DNA from: Nemertoderma westbladi
Lineage: Eukaryota > Animalia > Xenacoelomorpha
Assembly: GCA_032718475.1 (NCBI GenBank)
Contig: JAUCBJ010003564.1
Coordinates: 1 to 64,000, forward strand
Length of the DNA stretch: 64,000 bases
Direction of reading: 5' to 3'
Part shown: positions 13,001 through 26,496 of the stretch, in pieces
Position numbering within the stretch: position 1 is the first letter of the stretch
Layout: each line of letters starts with the position of its first letter
Notes under the pieces: generated by a model
Database searches by the model: none
What the model was told of the DNA's origin: nothing
Seen by the model: only the letters and a program-made list of their open reading frames with translations
Program-made: the position numbers and the translations under genes

Positions 13001-16000
13001 TTCCCTCCCCGTTCGACCCACATACATACCCCAAGACTCGATCCACCAGCTGTTGTTCCCTCCCCGTTCGACCCACATACATACCCCTAGACTCGATCCA
13101 CCAGCTGTAGTTCCTGTTGTTCCCTCCCCGTTCGACCCACATACATACCCCTAGACTCGATCCACCAGCTGTTGTTCCCTCCCCGTTCGACCCACATACA
13201 TACCCCAAGACTCGATCCACCAGCTGTTGTTCCCTCCCCGTTCGACCCACATACATACCACTAGACTCGATCCACCAGCTGTTGTTCCCTCCCCGTTCAA
13301 CCCACATACATACCCCAAGACTCGATCCACCAGCTGTTGTTCCCTCCCCGTTCGACCCACATACATACCCCTAGACTCGATCCACCAGCTGTAGTTCCTG
13401 TTGTTCCCTCCCCGTTCGACCCACATACATACCCCTAGACTCGATCCACCAGCTGTTGTTCCCTCCCCGTTCAACCCACATACATACCCCTAGACTCGAT
13501 CCACCAGCTGTTGTTCCCTCCCCGTTCAACCCACATACATACCCCTAGACTCGATCCACCAGCTGTTGTTCCCTCCCCGTTCGACCCACATACATACCCC
13601 TAGACTACTAGATCCACCAGCTGTAGTCCCTGTTGTTTCCTCCCCGTTCGACCCACATACATACCCCTAGACTCGATCCACCAGCTGTTGTTCCCTCCCC
13701 GTTCGACCCACATACATACCCCAAGACTCGATCCACCAGCTGTTGTTCCCTCCACGTTCAACCCACATACATACCCCTAGACTAGATCCACCAGCTGTGG
13801 TTCCCTCCCCGTTCAACCCACATACATACCCCTAGACCCGATCCACCAGCTGTTGTTCCCTCCCCGTTCGACCCACATACATACCCCAAGACTCGATCCA
13901 CCAGCTGTGGTTCCCTCCCCGTTCAACCCACATACATACCCCTAGACCCGATCCACCAGCTGTGGTTCCCTCCCCGTTCGACCCACATACATACCCCTAG
14001 ACCCGATCCACCAGCTGTTGTTCCCTCCCCGTTCGACCCACATACATATCCCTAGACTAGATCCACCAGCTGTTGTTCCCTCCCCGTTCGACCCACATAC
14101 ATACCCCTAGACCAGATCCACCAGCTGTTGTTCCCTCCCCGTTCGACCCACATACATACCCCTAGACCCGATCCACCAGCTGTTGTTCCCTCCCCGTTCG
14201 ACCCACATACATACCCCTAGACTCGATCCACCAGCTGTTGTTCCTGTTGTTCCCTCCCCGTTCGACCCACATACATACCCCAAGACTAGATCCACCAGCT
14301 GTTGTTCCCTCCCCGTTCGACCCACATACATACCCCAAGACTCGATCCACCAGCTGTTGTTCCCTCCCCGTTCGACCCACATACATACCCCTAGACCCGA
14401 TCCACCAGCTGTTGTTCCTGTTGTTCCCTCCCCGTTCGACCCACATACATACCCCAAGACTAGATCCACCAGCTGTTGTTCCCTCCCCGTTCGACCCACA
14501 TACATACCCCAAGACTCGATCCACCAGCTGTGGTTCCCTCCCCGTTCAACCCACATACATACCCCTAGACCCGATCCACCAGCTGTTGTTCCCTCCCCGT
14601 TCGACCCACATACATACCCCTAGACTCGATCCACCAGCTGTGGTTCCCTCCCCGTTCGACCCACATACATACCCCTAGACTCGATCCACCAGCTGTTGTT
14701 CCTGTTGTTCCCTCCCCGTTCAACCCACATACATAGCCCTAGACCCGATCCACCAGCTGTGGCTCCCTCCCCGTTCGACCCACATACATACCCTTAGACG
14801 TGATCCACCAACTGTTGTTCCCTCCCCGTTCGTCTCACATACATACCCCTAGACTAGATCCACCAGCTGTTGTTCCCTCCCCGTTCGACCCACATACATA
14901 CCCCTAGACCCGATCCACCAGCTGTGGTTCCCTCCCCGTTCGACTCACATACATACCCCTAGACTAGATCCACCAGCTGTTGTTCCCTCCCCGTTCGACC
15001 CACATACATACCCCTAGACTCGATCCACCAACTGTTGTTCCCTCCCCGTTCAACCCACATACATACCCCTAGACTAGATCCACCAGATGTTGTTCCCTCC
15101 CCGTTCGACCCACATACATACCCTTAGACGTGATCCACCAACTGTTGTTCCCTCCCCGTTCAACCCACATACATACCCCTAGACTAGATCCACCAGCTGT
15201 TGTTCCCTCCCCGTTCGACCCACATACATACCCTTAGACGTGATCCACCAACTGTTGTTCCCTCCCCGTTCAACCCACATACATACCCCTAGACCCGATC
15301 CACCAACTGTTGTTCCCTCCCCGTTCAACCCACATACATACCCCTAGACTAGATCCACCAGATGTTGTTCCCTCCCCGTTCGACCCACATACATACCCTT
15401 AGACGTGATCCACCAACTGTTGTTCCCTCCCCGTTCAACCCACATACATACCCCTAGACCCGATCCACCAGCTGTGGTTCCCTCCCCGTTCGACCCACAT
15501 ACATACCCCTAGACTCGATCCACCAGCTGTTGTTCCCTCCCCGTTCGACCCACATACATACCCCTAGACTCGATCCACCAACTGTTGTTCCCTCCACGTT
15601 CAACCCACATACATACCCCTAGACCCGATCCACCAGCTGTTGTTCCCTCCCCGTTCAACCCACATACATACCCCTAGACCCGATCCACCAGCTGTGGTTC
15701 CCTCCCCGTTCGACCCACATACATACCCCTAGACTCGATCCACCAGCTGTTGTTCCCTCCCCGTTCGACCCACATACATACCCCTAGACTCGATCCACCA
15801 GCTGTTGTTCCCTCCACGTTCAACCCACATACATACCCCTAGACCCGATCCACCAGCTGTTGTTCCCTCCCCGTTCAACCCACATACATACCCCTAGACG
15901 TGATCCACCAACTGTTGTTCCCTCCCCGTTCAACCCACATACATACCCCTAGACTAGATCCACCAGCTGTTGTTCCCTCCCCGTTCGACCCACATACATA

Positions 16001-19000
16001 CCCTTAGACGTGATCCACCAACTGTTGTTCCCTCCCCGTTCGTCTCACATACATACCCCTAGACTACTAGATCCACCAGATGTTGTTCCCTCCCCGTTCG
16101 ACCCACATACATACCCCTAGACCCGATCCACCAGCTGTGGTTCCCTCCCCGTTCGACTCACATACATACCCCTAGACTCGATCCACCAACTGTTGTTCCC
16201 TCCCCGTTCAACCCACATACATACCCCTAGACTAGATCCACCAGATGTTGTTCCCTCCCCGTTCGACCCACATACATACCCTTAGACGTGATCCACCAAC
16301 TGTTGTTCCCTCCCCGTTCGTCTCACATACATACCCCTAGACCCGATCCACCAGCTGTGGTTCCCTCCCCGTTCGACTCACATACATACCCCTAGACTAG
16401 ATCCACCAGCTGTTGTTCCCTCCCCGTTCGACCCACATACATACCCTTAGACGTGATCCACCAACTGTTGTTCCCTCCCCGTTCGACCCACATACATACC
16501 CCTAGACCCGATCCACCAGCTGTTGTTCCCTCCCCGTTCGACCCACATACATACCCCTAGACTCTATCCACCAGCTGTGGTTCCCTCACCGTTCGACCCA
16601 CATACATACCCCAAGACTCGATCCACCAGCTGTTGTTCCTGTTGTTCCCTCCCCGTTTGTCCCACATTCATACCCCTAGACTCGATCCACCAGCTGTTGT
16701 TCCCTCCCCGTTCGACCCACATACATACCCCTAGACTCTATCCACCAGCTGTGGTTCCCTCACCGTTCGACCCACATACATACCCCTAGACTCGATCCAC
16801 CAGCTGTTGTTCCTGTTGTTCCCTCCCCGTTTGTCCCACATTCATACCCCTAGACTCGATCCACCAGCTGTTGTTCCCTCCCCGTTCGACCCACATACAT
16901 ACCCCTAGACTCGATCCACCAGCTGTTGTTCCCTCCCCGTTTGTCCCACATACATACCCCTAGACTCGATCCACCAGCTGTTGTTCCCTCCCCGTTCGAC
17001 CCACATACATACCCCTAGACTAGATCCACCAGCTGTTGTTCCCTCCCCGTTCGACCCACATACATACCCCTAGACTCTATCCACCAGCTGTGGTTCCCTC
17101 ACCGTTCGACCCACATACATACCCCAAGACTCGATCCACCAGCTGTTGTTCCCTCCCCGTTTGTCCCACATACATACCCCTAGACTCTATCCACCAGCTG
17201 TGGTTCCCTCACCGTTCGACCCACATACATACCCCAAGACTCGATCCACCAGCTGTTGTTCCCTCCCCGTTCGTCCCGCATACATACCCCTAGACTAGAT
17301 CCACCAGCTGTTGTTCCTGTTGTTCCCTCCCCGTTTGTCCCACATTCATACCCCTAGACCCGATCCACCAGCTGTTGTTCCCTCCCCGTTCGACCCACAT
17401 ACATACCCCTAGACTCGATCCACCAGCTGTTGTTCCTGTTGTTCCCTCCCCGTTTGTCCCACATTCATACCCCTAGACCCGATCCACCAGCTGTTGTTCC
17501 CTCCCCGTTCGACCCACATACATACCCCTAGACTCGATCCACCAGATGTTGTTCCCTCCCCGTTCGACCCACATACATACCCCAAGACTCGATCCACCAG
17601 CTGTTGTTCCCTCCCCGTTCGACCCACATACATACCCCTAGACCCGATCCACCAGCTGTTGTTCCCTCCCCGTTCGACCCACATACATACCCCTAGACTC
17701 GATCCACCAGATGTTGTTCCCTCCCCGTTCGACCCACATACATACCCCTAGACCCGATCCACCAGCTGTTGTTCCCTGCCCGCTCGACCCACATACATAC
17801 CCATAGACCCGATCCACCAGCTGTGGTTCCCTCCCCGTTCGACCCACATACATACCCCTAGACTCGATCCACCAGCTGTTGTTCCCTCCCCGTTCAACCC
17901 ACATACATACCCCTAGACCCGATCCACCAGCTGTTGTTCCCTCCCCGTTCAACCCACATACATACCCCAAGACTCGATCCACCAGCTGTTGTTCCCTCCC
18001 CGTTCAACCCACATACATACCCCAAGACTCGATCCACCAGCTGTTGTTCCCTCCCCGTTCGACCCACATACATACCCCTAGACTAGATCCACCAGCTGCT
18101 GTTCCCTCCCCGTTCGACCCACATACATACCCCTAGACTAGATCCACCAGCTGTGGCTCCCTCCACGTTCGTCCCACATACATACAACTAGACTCGATCC
18201 ACCAGCTGTTGTTCACTCCCCGTTCGACCCACATACATACCCCTAGACTCGATCCACCAGCTGTGGTTCCCTCCCCGTTCGACCCACATACATACCCATA
18301 GACTCGATCCACCAGCTGTTGTTCCTGTTGTTCCCTCCCCGTTCGACCCACATACATACCCCTAGACTCGATCCACCAGCTGTGGTTCCCTCCCCGTTCG
18401 ACCCACATACATACCCCTAGACTACTAGATCCACCAGCTGTAGTTCCTGTTGTTCCCTCCCCGTTCGACCCACATACATACCCCAAGACTCGATCCACCA
18501 GCTGTTGTTCCCTCCCCGTTCGACCCACATACATACCCCTAGACTCGATCCACCAGCTGTTGTTCCCTCCCCGTTTGTCCCACATACATACCCCTAGACC
18601 CGATCCACCAGCTGTTGTTCCCTCCCCGTTCGACCCACATACATACCCCTAGACTCGATCCACCAGCTGTGGTTCCCTCCCCGTTCGACCCACATACATA
18701 CCCCTAGACTCGATCCACCAGCTGTTGTTCCCTCCCCGTTCGACCCACATACATACCCCTAGACCCGATCCACCAGCTGTTGTTCCCTCCCCGTTCGACC
18801 CACATACATACCCCTAGACTCGATCCACCAGCTGTTGTTCCCTCCCCGTTCGACCCACATACATACCCCTAGACTCGATCCACCAGATGTTGTTCCCTCC
18901 CCGTTCGACCCACATACATACCCCTAGACTCGATCCACCAGCTGTTGTTCCCTCCCCGTTTGTCCCACATACATACCCCTAGACTCGATCCACCAGCTGT

Positions 19001-22000
19001 TGTTCCCTCCCCGTTTGTCCCACATACATACCCCTAGACCCGATCCACCAGCTGTTGTTCCCTCCCCGTTCGACCCACATACATACCCCTAGACCCGATC
19101 CACCAGCTGTTGTTCCCTCCCCGTTCGACCCACATACATACCCCTAGACTAGATCCACCAGCTGCTGTTCCCTCCCCGTTCGACCCACATACATACCCCT
19201 AGACTAGATCCACCAGCTGTGGCTCCCTCCACGTTCGTCCCACATACATACCCCTAGACTCGATCCACCAGCTGTTGTTCCCTCCCCGTTCGACCCACAT
19301 ACATACCCCTAGACCCGATCCACCAGCTGTTGTTCCTGTTGTTCCCTCCCCGTTCGACCCACATTCATACCCCTAGACTAGATCCACCAGCTGTGGCTCC
19401 CTCCCCGTTCGACCCACATACATACCCCTAGACCCGATCCACCAGCTGTTGTTCCTGTTGTTCCCTCCCCGTTCGACCCACATACATACCCCTAGACCCG
19501 ATCCACCAGCTGTTGTTCCCTCCCCGTTCGACCCACATACATACCCCTAGACTCGATCCACCAGCTGTTGTTCCCTCCCCGTTCGACCCACATACATACC
19601 CCTAGACTCGATCCACCAGATGTTGTTCCCTCCCCGTTCGACCCACATACATACCCCTAGACTCGATCCACCAGCTGTTGTTCCCTCCCCGTTTGTCCCA
19701 CATACATACCCCTAGACTCGATCCACCAGCTGTTGTTCCCTCCCCGTTTGTCCCACATACATACCCCTAGACCCGATCCACCAGCTGTTGTTCCCTCCCC
19801 GTTCGACCCACATACATACCCCTAGACCCGATCCACCAGCTGTTGTTCCCTCCCCGTTCGACCCACATACATACCCCTAGACTAGATCCACCAGCTGCTG
19901 TTCCCTCCCCGTTCGACCCACATACATACCCCTAGACTAGATCCACCAGCTGTGGCTCCCTCCACGTTCGTCCCACATACATACCCCTAGACTCGATCCA
20001 CCAGCTGTTGTTCCCTCCCCGTTCGACCCACATACATACCCCTAGACCCGATCCACCAGCTGTTGTTCCTGTTGTTCCCTCCCCGTTCGACCCACATTCA
20101 TACCCCTAGACTAGATCCACCAGCTGTTGTTCCCTCCACGTTCGTCCCACATACATACCCCTAGACTAGATCCACCAGCTGTGGTTCCCTCCCCGTTTGT
20201 CCCACATACATACCCCTAGACTCGATCCACAAGCTGTGGTCCCTGTTGTTTCCTCCCCGTTCGACCCACATACATACCCCTAGACTCGATCCACCAGCTG
20301 TTGTTCCCTCCCCGTTTGTCCCACATACATACCCCTAGACTCGATCCACCAGCTGTGGTCCCTGTTGTTTCCTCCCCGTTCGACCCACATACATACCCCT
20401 AGACCCGATCCACCAGCTGTGGTCCCTGTTGTTTCCTCCCCGTTCGACCCACATACATACCCCTAGACCCGATCCACCAGCTGTGGTTCCCTCCCCGTTC
20501 GACCCACATACATACCCCTAGACCCGATCCACCAGCTGTGGTTCCCTCACCGTTCGACCCACATACATACCCCTAGACTCGATCCACCAGCTGTGGCTCC
20601 CTCCCCGTTCGACCCACATACATACCCCTAGACTAGATCCACCAGCTGTGGTTCCCTCCCCGTTCGACCCACATACATACCCCTAGACTCGATCCACCAG
20701 CTGTGGTTCCCTCCCCGTTCGACCCACATACATACCCCTAGACTCGATCCACCAGCTGTTGTTCCTGTTGTTCCCTCCCCGTTTGTCCCACATACATACC
20801 CCAAGACTCGATCCACCAGCTGTTGTTCCCTCCCCGTTCGACCCACATACATACCCCTAGACTAGATCCACCAGCTGTTGTTCCTGTTGTTCCCTCCCCG
20901 TTTGTCCCACATACATACCCCTAGACTCGATCCACCAGCTGTTGTTCCCTCCCCGTTCGACCCACATACATACCCCTAGACCCGATCCACCAGCTGTTGT
21001 TCCCTCCCCGTTCGACCCACATACATACCCCTAGACTCGATCCACCAGCTGTGGTTCCCTCCCCGTTCGACCCACATACATACCCCTAGACTCGATCCAC
21101 CAGCTGTTGTTCCCTCCCCGTTCGACCCACATACATACCCCTAGACCCGATCCACCAGCTGTTGTTCCCTCCCCGTTCGACCCACATACATACCCCTAGA
21201 CTCGATCCACCAGATGTTGTTCCCTCCCCGTTCGACCCACATACATACCCCTAGACTCGATCCACCAGCTGTTGTTCCCTCCCCGTTCGACCCACATACA
21301 TACCCCTAGACTAGATCCACCAGCTGCTGTTCCCTCCCCGTTCGACCCACATACATACCCCTAGACTAGATCCACCAGCTGTGGCTCCCTCCACGTTCGT
21401 CCCACATACATACCCCTAGACTCGATCCACCAGCTGTTGTTCACTCCCCGTTCGACCCACATACATACCCCTAGACTCGATCCACCAGCTGTGGTTCCCT
21501 CCCCGTTCGACCCACATACATACCCCTAGACTCGATCCACCAGCTGTTGTTCCTGTTGTTCCCTCCCCGTTCGACCCACATACATACCCCTAGACTAGAT
21601 CCACCAGCTGTTGTTCCCTCCCCGTTCGACCCACATACATACCCCAAGACTCGATCCACCAGCTGTTGTTCCCTCCCCGTTCGACCCACATACATACCCC
21701 TAGACTCGATCCACCAGCTGTGGTTCCCTCCCCGTTCGACCCACATACATACCCCTAGACTACTAGATCCACCAGCTGTAGTTCCTGTTGTTCCCTCCCC
21801 GTTCGACCCACATACATACCCCTAGACTCGATCCACCAGCTGTTGTTCCCTCCCCGTTCGACCCACATACATACCCCTAGACTCGATCCACCAGCTGTTG
21901 TTCCCTCCCCGTTTGTCCCACATACATACCCCTAGACTCGATCCACCAGCTGTGGTTCCCTCCCCGTTCGACCCACATACATACCCCTAGACCCGATCCA

Positions 22001-22949
22001 CCAGCTGTGGTTCCCTCCCCGTTCGACCCACATACATACCCCTAGACCCGATCCACCAGCTGTTGTTCCCTCCCCGTTCGACCCACATACATACCCCTAG
22101 ACCCGATCCACCAGCTGTTGTTCCCTCCCCGTTCGACCCACATACATACCCCTAGACCCGATCCACCAGCTGTTGTTCCCTCCCCGTTCGACCCACATAC
22201 ATACCCCTAGACTCGATCCACCAGCTGTGGTTCCCTCCCCGTTCGACCCACATACATACCCCTAGACTCGATCCACCAGCTGTTGTTCCTGTTGTTCCCT
22301 CCCCGTTCGACCCACATACATACCCCTAGACTCGATCCACCAGCTGTGGTTCCCTCCCCGTTCGACCCACATACATACCCCTAGACTACTAGATCCACCA
22401 GCTGTAGTTCCTGTTGTTCCCTCCCCGTTCGACCCACATACATACCCCTACACTCGATCCACCAGCTGTTGTTCCCTGCCCGCTCGACCCACATACATAC
22501 CCCAAGACTCGATCCACCAGCTGTTGTTCCCTCCCCGTTCGACCCACATACATACCCCTAGACTCGATCCACCAGCTGTTGTTCCTGTTGTTCCCTCCCC
22601 GTTCGACCCACATACATACCCCTAGACTCGATCCACCAGCTGTGGTTCCCTCCCCGTTCGACCCACATACATACCCCTAGACTCGATCCACCAGCTGTTG
22701 TTCCTGTTGTTCCCTCCCCGTTCGACCCACATACATACCCCTAGACTCGATCCACCAGCTGTTGTTCCCTCCCCGTTCGACCCACATACATACCCCTAGA
22801 CTCGATCCACCAGCTGTTGTTCCCTCCCCGTTCGACCCACATACATACCCCTAGACTCGATCCACCAGCTGTTGTTCACTCCCCGTTCGACCCACATACA
22901 TACCCCTAGACTCGATCCACCAGCTGTGGTTCCCTCCCCGTTCGACCCA
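7057..22949. repeat. 55-bp tandem satellite, left block (longer variants carry +9 and/or +3 bp)
   Basis: Consensus ttcgacccacatacatacccctagactcgatccaccagctgttgttccctccccg repeated head to tail, with a 9-bp duplication variant (tgttgttcc) and a 3-bp variant (act). Confidence 0.99.
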
Positions 22950-25900
22950 TTATTATTTTATTATTAAGTTTATTGACGATAAAAATTACCAGTAAATAGC
23001 CACAAGCAACTGACAAGAAGAGACGTAACAACGGAAAACAATGTAACAAAAACAAACAAAACAATAGCCAAATGGACGGATAATATTAAAATGACGGTAC
23101 ATTAACCGACAGGCAAAATACCGGGACAAATATAAGCTTTAATTAATTTGTGTGAAATTGGGCAGTGGGCTATGAGTCGCAACAATCGTCCAAGAAAATA
23201 ATATTTAAACAAAGGCTCAAACGCGTATTTAAGTATGATTAATACTACCTAATATATATATATATATACAAATAAATAATTTAATAAGTTAATTACACGG
23301 AGATATGTTTTAAATTATTTCAAGTGTGTTCAAGCATCTAACTAAGAATGAACCGCACTCCTCCAAGCGGTTGGAATCAAAAAAGGTCGTAAAAGAGTTG
23401 AAATTAAGGGACGGGTGAGCCGAACGAAGCTCATCCAAAAGCGGACAGTCTCGGATCACGTGTATCTCTGTTTGTATACTCCCGCATTTACAGCGTCTAT
23501 TATCGGGGGGAATTCTGGACCAACGCCCTGTTTCAACCGCTAAATGGGTGGACATCAAACGAAAACGAGTTAGAGCTACACGTTTGCGCTCGGCCAGAGC
23601 TTCTCTGGATAAATAACAAGGTAGAGTAGTGAAATCCGGGTTCATTTGAGTGTAGATAACTCGACGGGTTGAGGTACTAATTAAAACATCGTTCCTTAGT
23701 TTATCACTATAGAAGTTTAAACTGCAGGATTCGGGGTTATTCAGAATGGAATCCACGGCTCTTCCCATAGTGGTACCAGCTTGTCGGACAAGACCTAAGG
23801 CGAAAATAACAGGCGAGTGTCTTTCCGGATTCGAAGAAATTTTCTGTAGGAATTTCCACTGTCTATTAAGGATAACTGCCTTTGGAGACGGGCGACCGAG
23901 TTCAAGCAACAGGATGTCATGACAAGTTTGATGCCGGACGTTAGCTGCGCCTTTTAGCATTGAGAAGTATTGCGATGCTACTGGTGAGAAATTGGCTCCA
24001 ATCCAACACTCGCAGGAGTAAAATATCGCTGCGTTAACTGCGGCGTCTAAAATCATAAGTTTAACCCATAGAGGACTATCTTGATTTTTATTCAGAAAGG
24101 AATGGTACTTGGAAACATGTTTTGCCTTCTCTTTGGACTGCAAAACAACTGATCTGTTGATCCCTCCAGCCTGGGGGATACATGAACCCAGATAAATGTA
24201 ACTGGTACAGTTCTTAACAGAAAGTGATGAACAATCCCAAACTGACGAGATTAAAAATTCTTCCTTATCTAATGACGACCCGTTAATAACGATAAACTTT
24301 GTCTTTGTCTGGTTGATCGCCATATTATAATCATGGCAGAACTCGACTAATATTTCCAATTTCTGAATACAACGCTCCCGAGTTGTGGCTAGAATGACGG
24401 AATCGTCCATGAGAAGCAATGCGTGTAAACACATCAGAAAACCATCCTCACCTAAACATTTCAAGCGATGTAATAGTGGATTAATATACAATGTAAACAG
24501 ACGACAACTTCCTGGGGAACCCTGAAGTACTCCAAGTACACTCTGAATTATCGAAGATCCTATAATGCTGGTAGTTCCAGTGTATAAACCTTGGAGTGCA
24601 CGTAACATGACTCCTCCGCATCCCATACGTTTCAACAACGAAAATAACTTTGACCGTTTCACTCGATCGTAAGCTGTAGAGAAATCTACGAAAACCAAGA
24701 ACAATTTTTTCTTTGATTCCCGGGCATAATCGATTAATAAGTTCAAGGTTAATATTTGTTCTTCACAACAGCGCCCTGCTTGAGCACCGGCTTGTTCGAC
24801 ATCGGGTGAAGCCCACCTAGAAACTCTCTTAGACAAGATGGAGTCATATAATTTGGCGATGGAGTTCATAATGGATATTCCACGATAATTCAAACATAAT
24901 TCCCGAGCACCGCGTTTAAACACAGCAACGAGCCGGGACTGGGACCAAGAGGGTAATGCACAACCGCTTAGAAAAATAGAATTGAATATATGCACCAAAA
25001 ATACAAGCCACTGTATCGGTAAAAATTTAAATAAACCCGGTGATACCCCATCTGGACCCGCAGCTTTATTCGCTTTTGTTTCATTGACAGATTCACGAAC
25101 TTCATCAAGAGTTATGGGGGAATCCAGGAGTGGGATGTAAGGGCAGCTAGACGTATCAATATGGTCTTCCGGTTGAGAAGGGAACTCGTTTGTAGGAGTG
25201 AGGAGTTTTTGGAAATGTTCAGCGAACTCAATATCAGTGGGTGAAGACGTGGGGGATAACATGGCCGAGGTACTCGACTCAAGTCCACCTTTCCAATTGA
25301 TCCGCGCCCATACAGACTTGCTGTCCCTATTCTGAGCTAAAGAAGCCCAAACATCTGCAGTATTTTGCGACCCAGAGTTCAATGAGGACAGGGAATTAGA
25401 TTTAAGAGTTGCACTTTTAGCAGCGTCATATATAATTCTCACAAAAGTATCTGGTGTATCCAAATCGAAACTGTCTAAACTGGAGGTTAACTCGGAAGTT
25501 CTCCCATTTAAATTATGAAGAAATTCTCCAACATTTATCCTCGATTGTCTAACTGGTCTTACACACAAACTATTAGCTTGGGAAGGCCTATTCATGCAGG
25601 CATACCGGCCGAGATCGACGGAACGCATCAAAAGTTCGGAAGCAGAAAGTTCCCGGACAGAGTTAAGTACCAAAATAATCGGGATATGATTGGATGGAAG
25701 AGAACGATCACTCACACCAAACTCAGTGACTCTCCCAACAATTTTCTTGCTAACAATGACCCGGTCCAATTCAGAAATCAGAGAGTCCTTCCGCTTAAAT
25801 GTAAGTCCACCACTAAACTGGATGTCATAGAACGTACCGTAACTAACATTCAATAAATCACAGTCAGATAATAACTGCACTAACCGCTTTCCGTGAACAT

Positions 25901-26496
25901 TTACAACTTTGTCATCAGGAGTACGGTAGCAGGTCAAAGGGTCAAAAGCGCCCGAAAGGGGATTTGAAAGCAACGTGCCAATACGAGAGTTGAAATCGCC
26001 TAAGAGTACAACAGACTTTTCATTGTTGCTATCTAAGACATGTGATTGAATGTCGGCCCAGCTAAAGGGATTATAATAACGGGAATCAGAAGGCGGAATG
26101 TATATGCAACCGAACTCCGCTTTAGGCAATGAGGACAGTATGAACCAAATAATATCGGGGGTAGTCACAGAGAAAGATAAAACATTAATATGGAGCCGGA
26201 TCAGTACAGCTACACCACCCCTTGATGAATTTTTAAGGCAAGGATTATGTATAATATTAAAACCAGGTACTGAAAATTTGAAACCACATTTAGTTTCTTG
26301 TAAAAGGATAATATCAAATTCCATAAAATAACTTAAAACATCGGGGTTCAAATATTTTTCCTTTAAACCGTCACAATTCCAAGTTAAAAATCTCAAATTT
26401 CCAGTTTGCTTGTGGCTGCCTAAAAAATCGGGGCGAAACGATCTACCACGACCCCATCCCTGTAAACTACCCGTTCCTTGGCATCGATACATCGAT
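22950..26496 (-). mobile_element. Non-LTR retrotransposon (LINE, APE-RT type, possibly RTE-X-like), 5'-truncated, inserted in the 55-bp satellite
   Basis: 3.55 kb of unique sequence interrupting one satellite unit. It has a ~360-nt 3' UTR ending (minus strand) in AATAAA plus a TAA-rich tail. CCCA flanks both junctions (22946-22949 and 26497-26500), a possible short TSD. No ORF1 or 5' UTR. Clade assignment is tentative. Confidence 0.95.
23310..26492 (-). CDS. LINE ORF2: APE endonuclease, reverse transcriptase and C-terminal CCHC-type motif (~1060 aa from the first element-internal ATG)
   Basis: APE motifs TWNCDGL, LLQETK, GGVAV, IYIPP, GDFNSRIG, SNH. RT motifs KAAGPDG, NYRGISI, FVDFSTAYDRV, GVLQGSPGS, LLMDD. 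C-terminal VETGRW...RCKCGSIQTEIHVIRDC. No stops or frameshifts. Confidence 0.95.
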   Translation of the reverse strand: MYRCQGTGSLQGWGRGRSFRPDFLGSHKQTGNLRFLTWNCDGLKEKYLNPDVLSYFMEFDIILLQETKCGFKFSVPGFNIIHNPCLKNSSRGGVAVLIRLHINVLSFSVTTPDIIWFILSSLPKAEFGCIYIPPSDSRYYNPFSWADIQSHVLDSNNEKSVVLLGDFNSRIGTLLSNPLSGAFDPLTCYRTPDDKVVNVHGKRLVQLLSDCDLLNVSYGTFYDIQFSGGLTFKRKDSLISELDRVIVSKKIVGRVTEFGVSDRSLPSNHIPIILVLNSVRELSASELLMRSVDLGRYACMNRPSQANSLCVRPVRQSRINVGEFLHNLNGRTSELTSSLDSFDLDTPDTFVRIIYDAAKSATLKSNSLSSLNSGSQNTADVWASLAQNRDSKSVWARINWKGGLESSTSAMLSPTSSPTDIEFAEHFQKLLTPTNEFPSQPEDHIDTSSCPYIPLLDSPITLDEVRESVNETKANKAAGPDGVSPGLFKFLPIQWLVFLVHIFNSIFLSGCALPSWSQSRLVAVFKRGARELCLNYRGISIMNSIAKLYDSILSKRVSRWASPDVEQAGAQAGRCCEEQILTLNLLIDYARESKKKLFLVFVDFSTAYDRVKRSKLFSLLKRMGCGGVMLRALQGLYTGTTSIIGSSIIQSVLGVLQGSPGSCRLFTLYINPLLHRLKCLGEDGFLMCLHALLLMDDSVILATTRERCIQKLEILVEFCHDYNMAINQTKTKFIVINGSSLDKEEFLISSVWDCSSLSVKNCTSYIYLGSCIPQAGGINRSVVLQSKEKAKHVSKYHSFLNKNQDSPLWVKLMILDAAVNAAIFYSCECWIGANFSPVASQYFSMLKGAANVRHQTCHDILLLELGRPSPKAVILNRQWKFLQKISSNPERHSPVIFALGLVRQAGTTMGRAVDSILNNPESCSLNFYSDKLRNDVLISTSTRRVIYTQMNPDFTTLPCYLSREALAERKRVALTRFRLMSTHLAVETGRWSRIPPDNRRCKCGSIQTEIHVIRDCPLLDELRSAHPSLNFNSFTTFFDSNRLEECGSFLVRCLNTLEII

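Noticed and set aside
25515-26331. Plus-strand ORFs of 113 aa and 77 aa inside the LINE
   Set aside because: Antisense shadows of ORF2 with no recognisable motifs.
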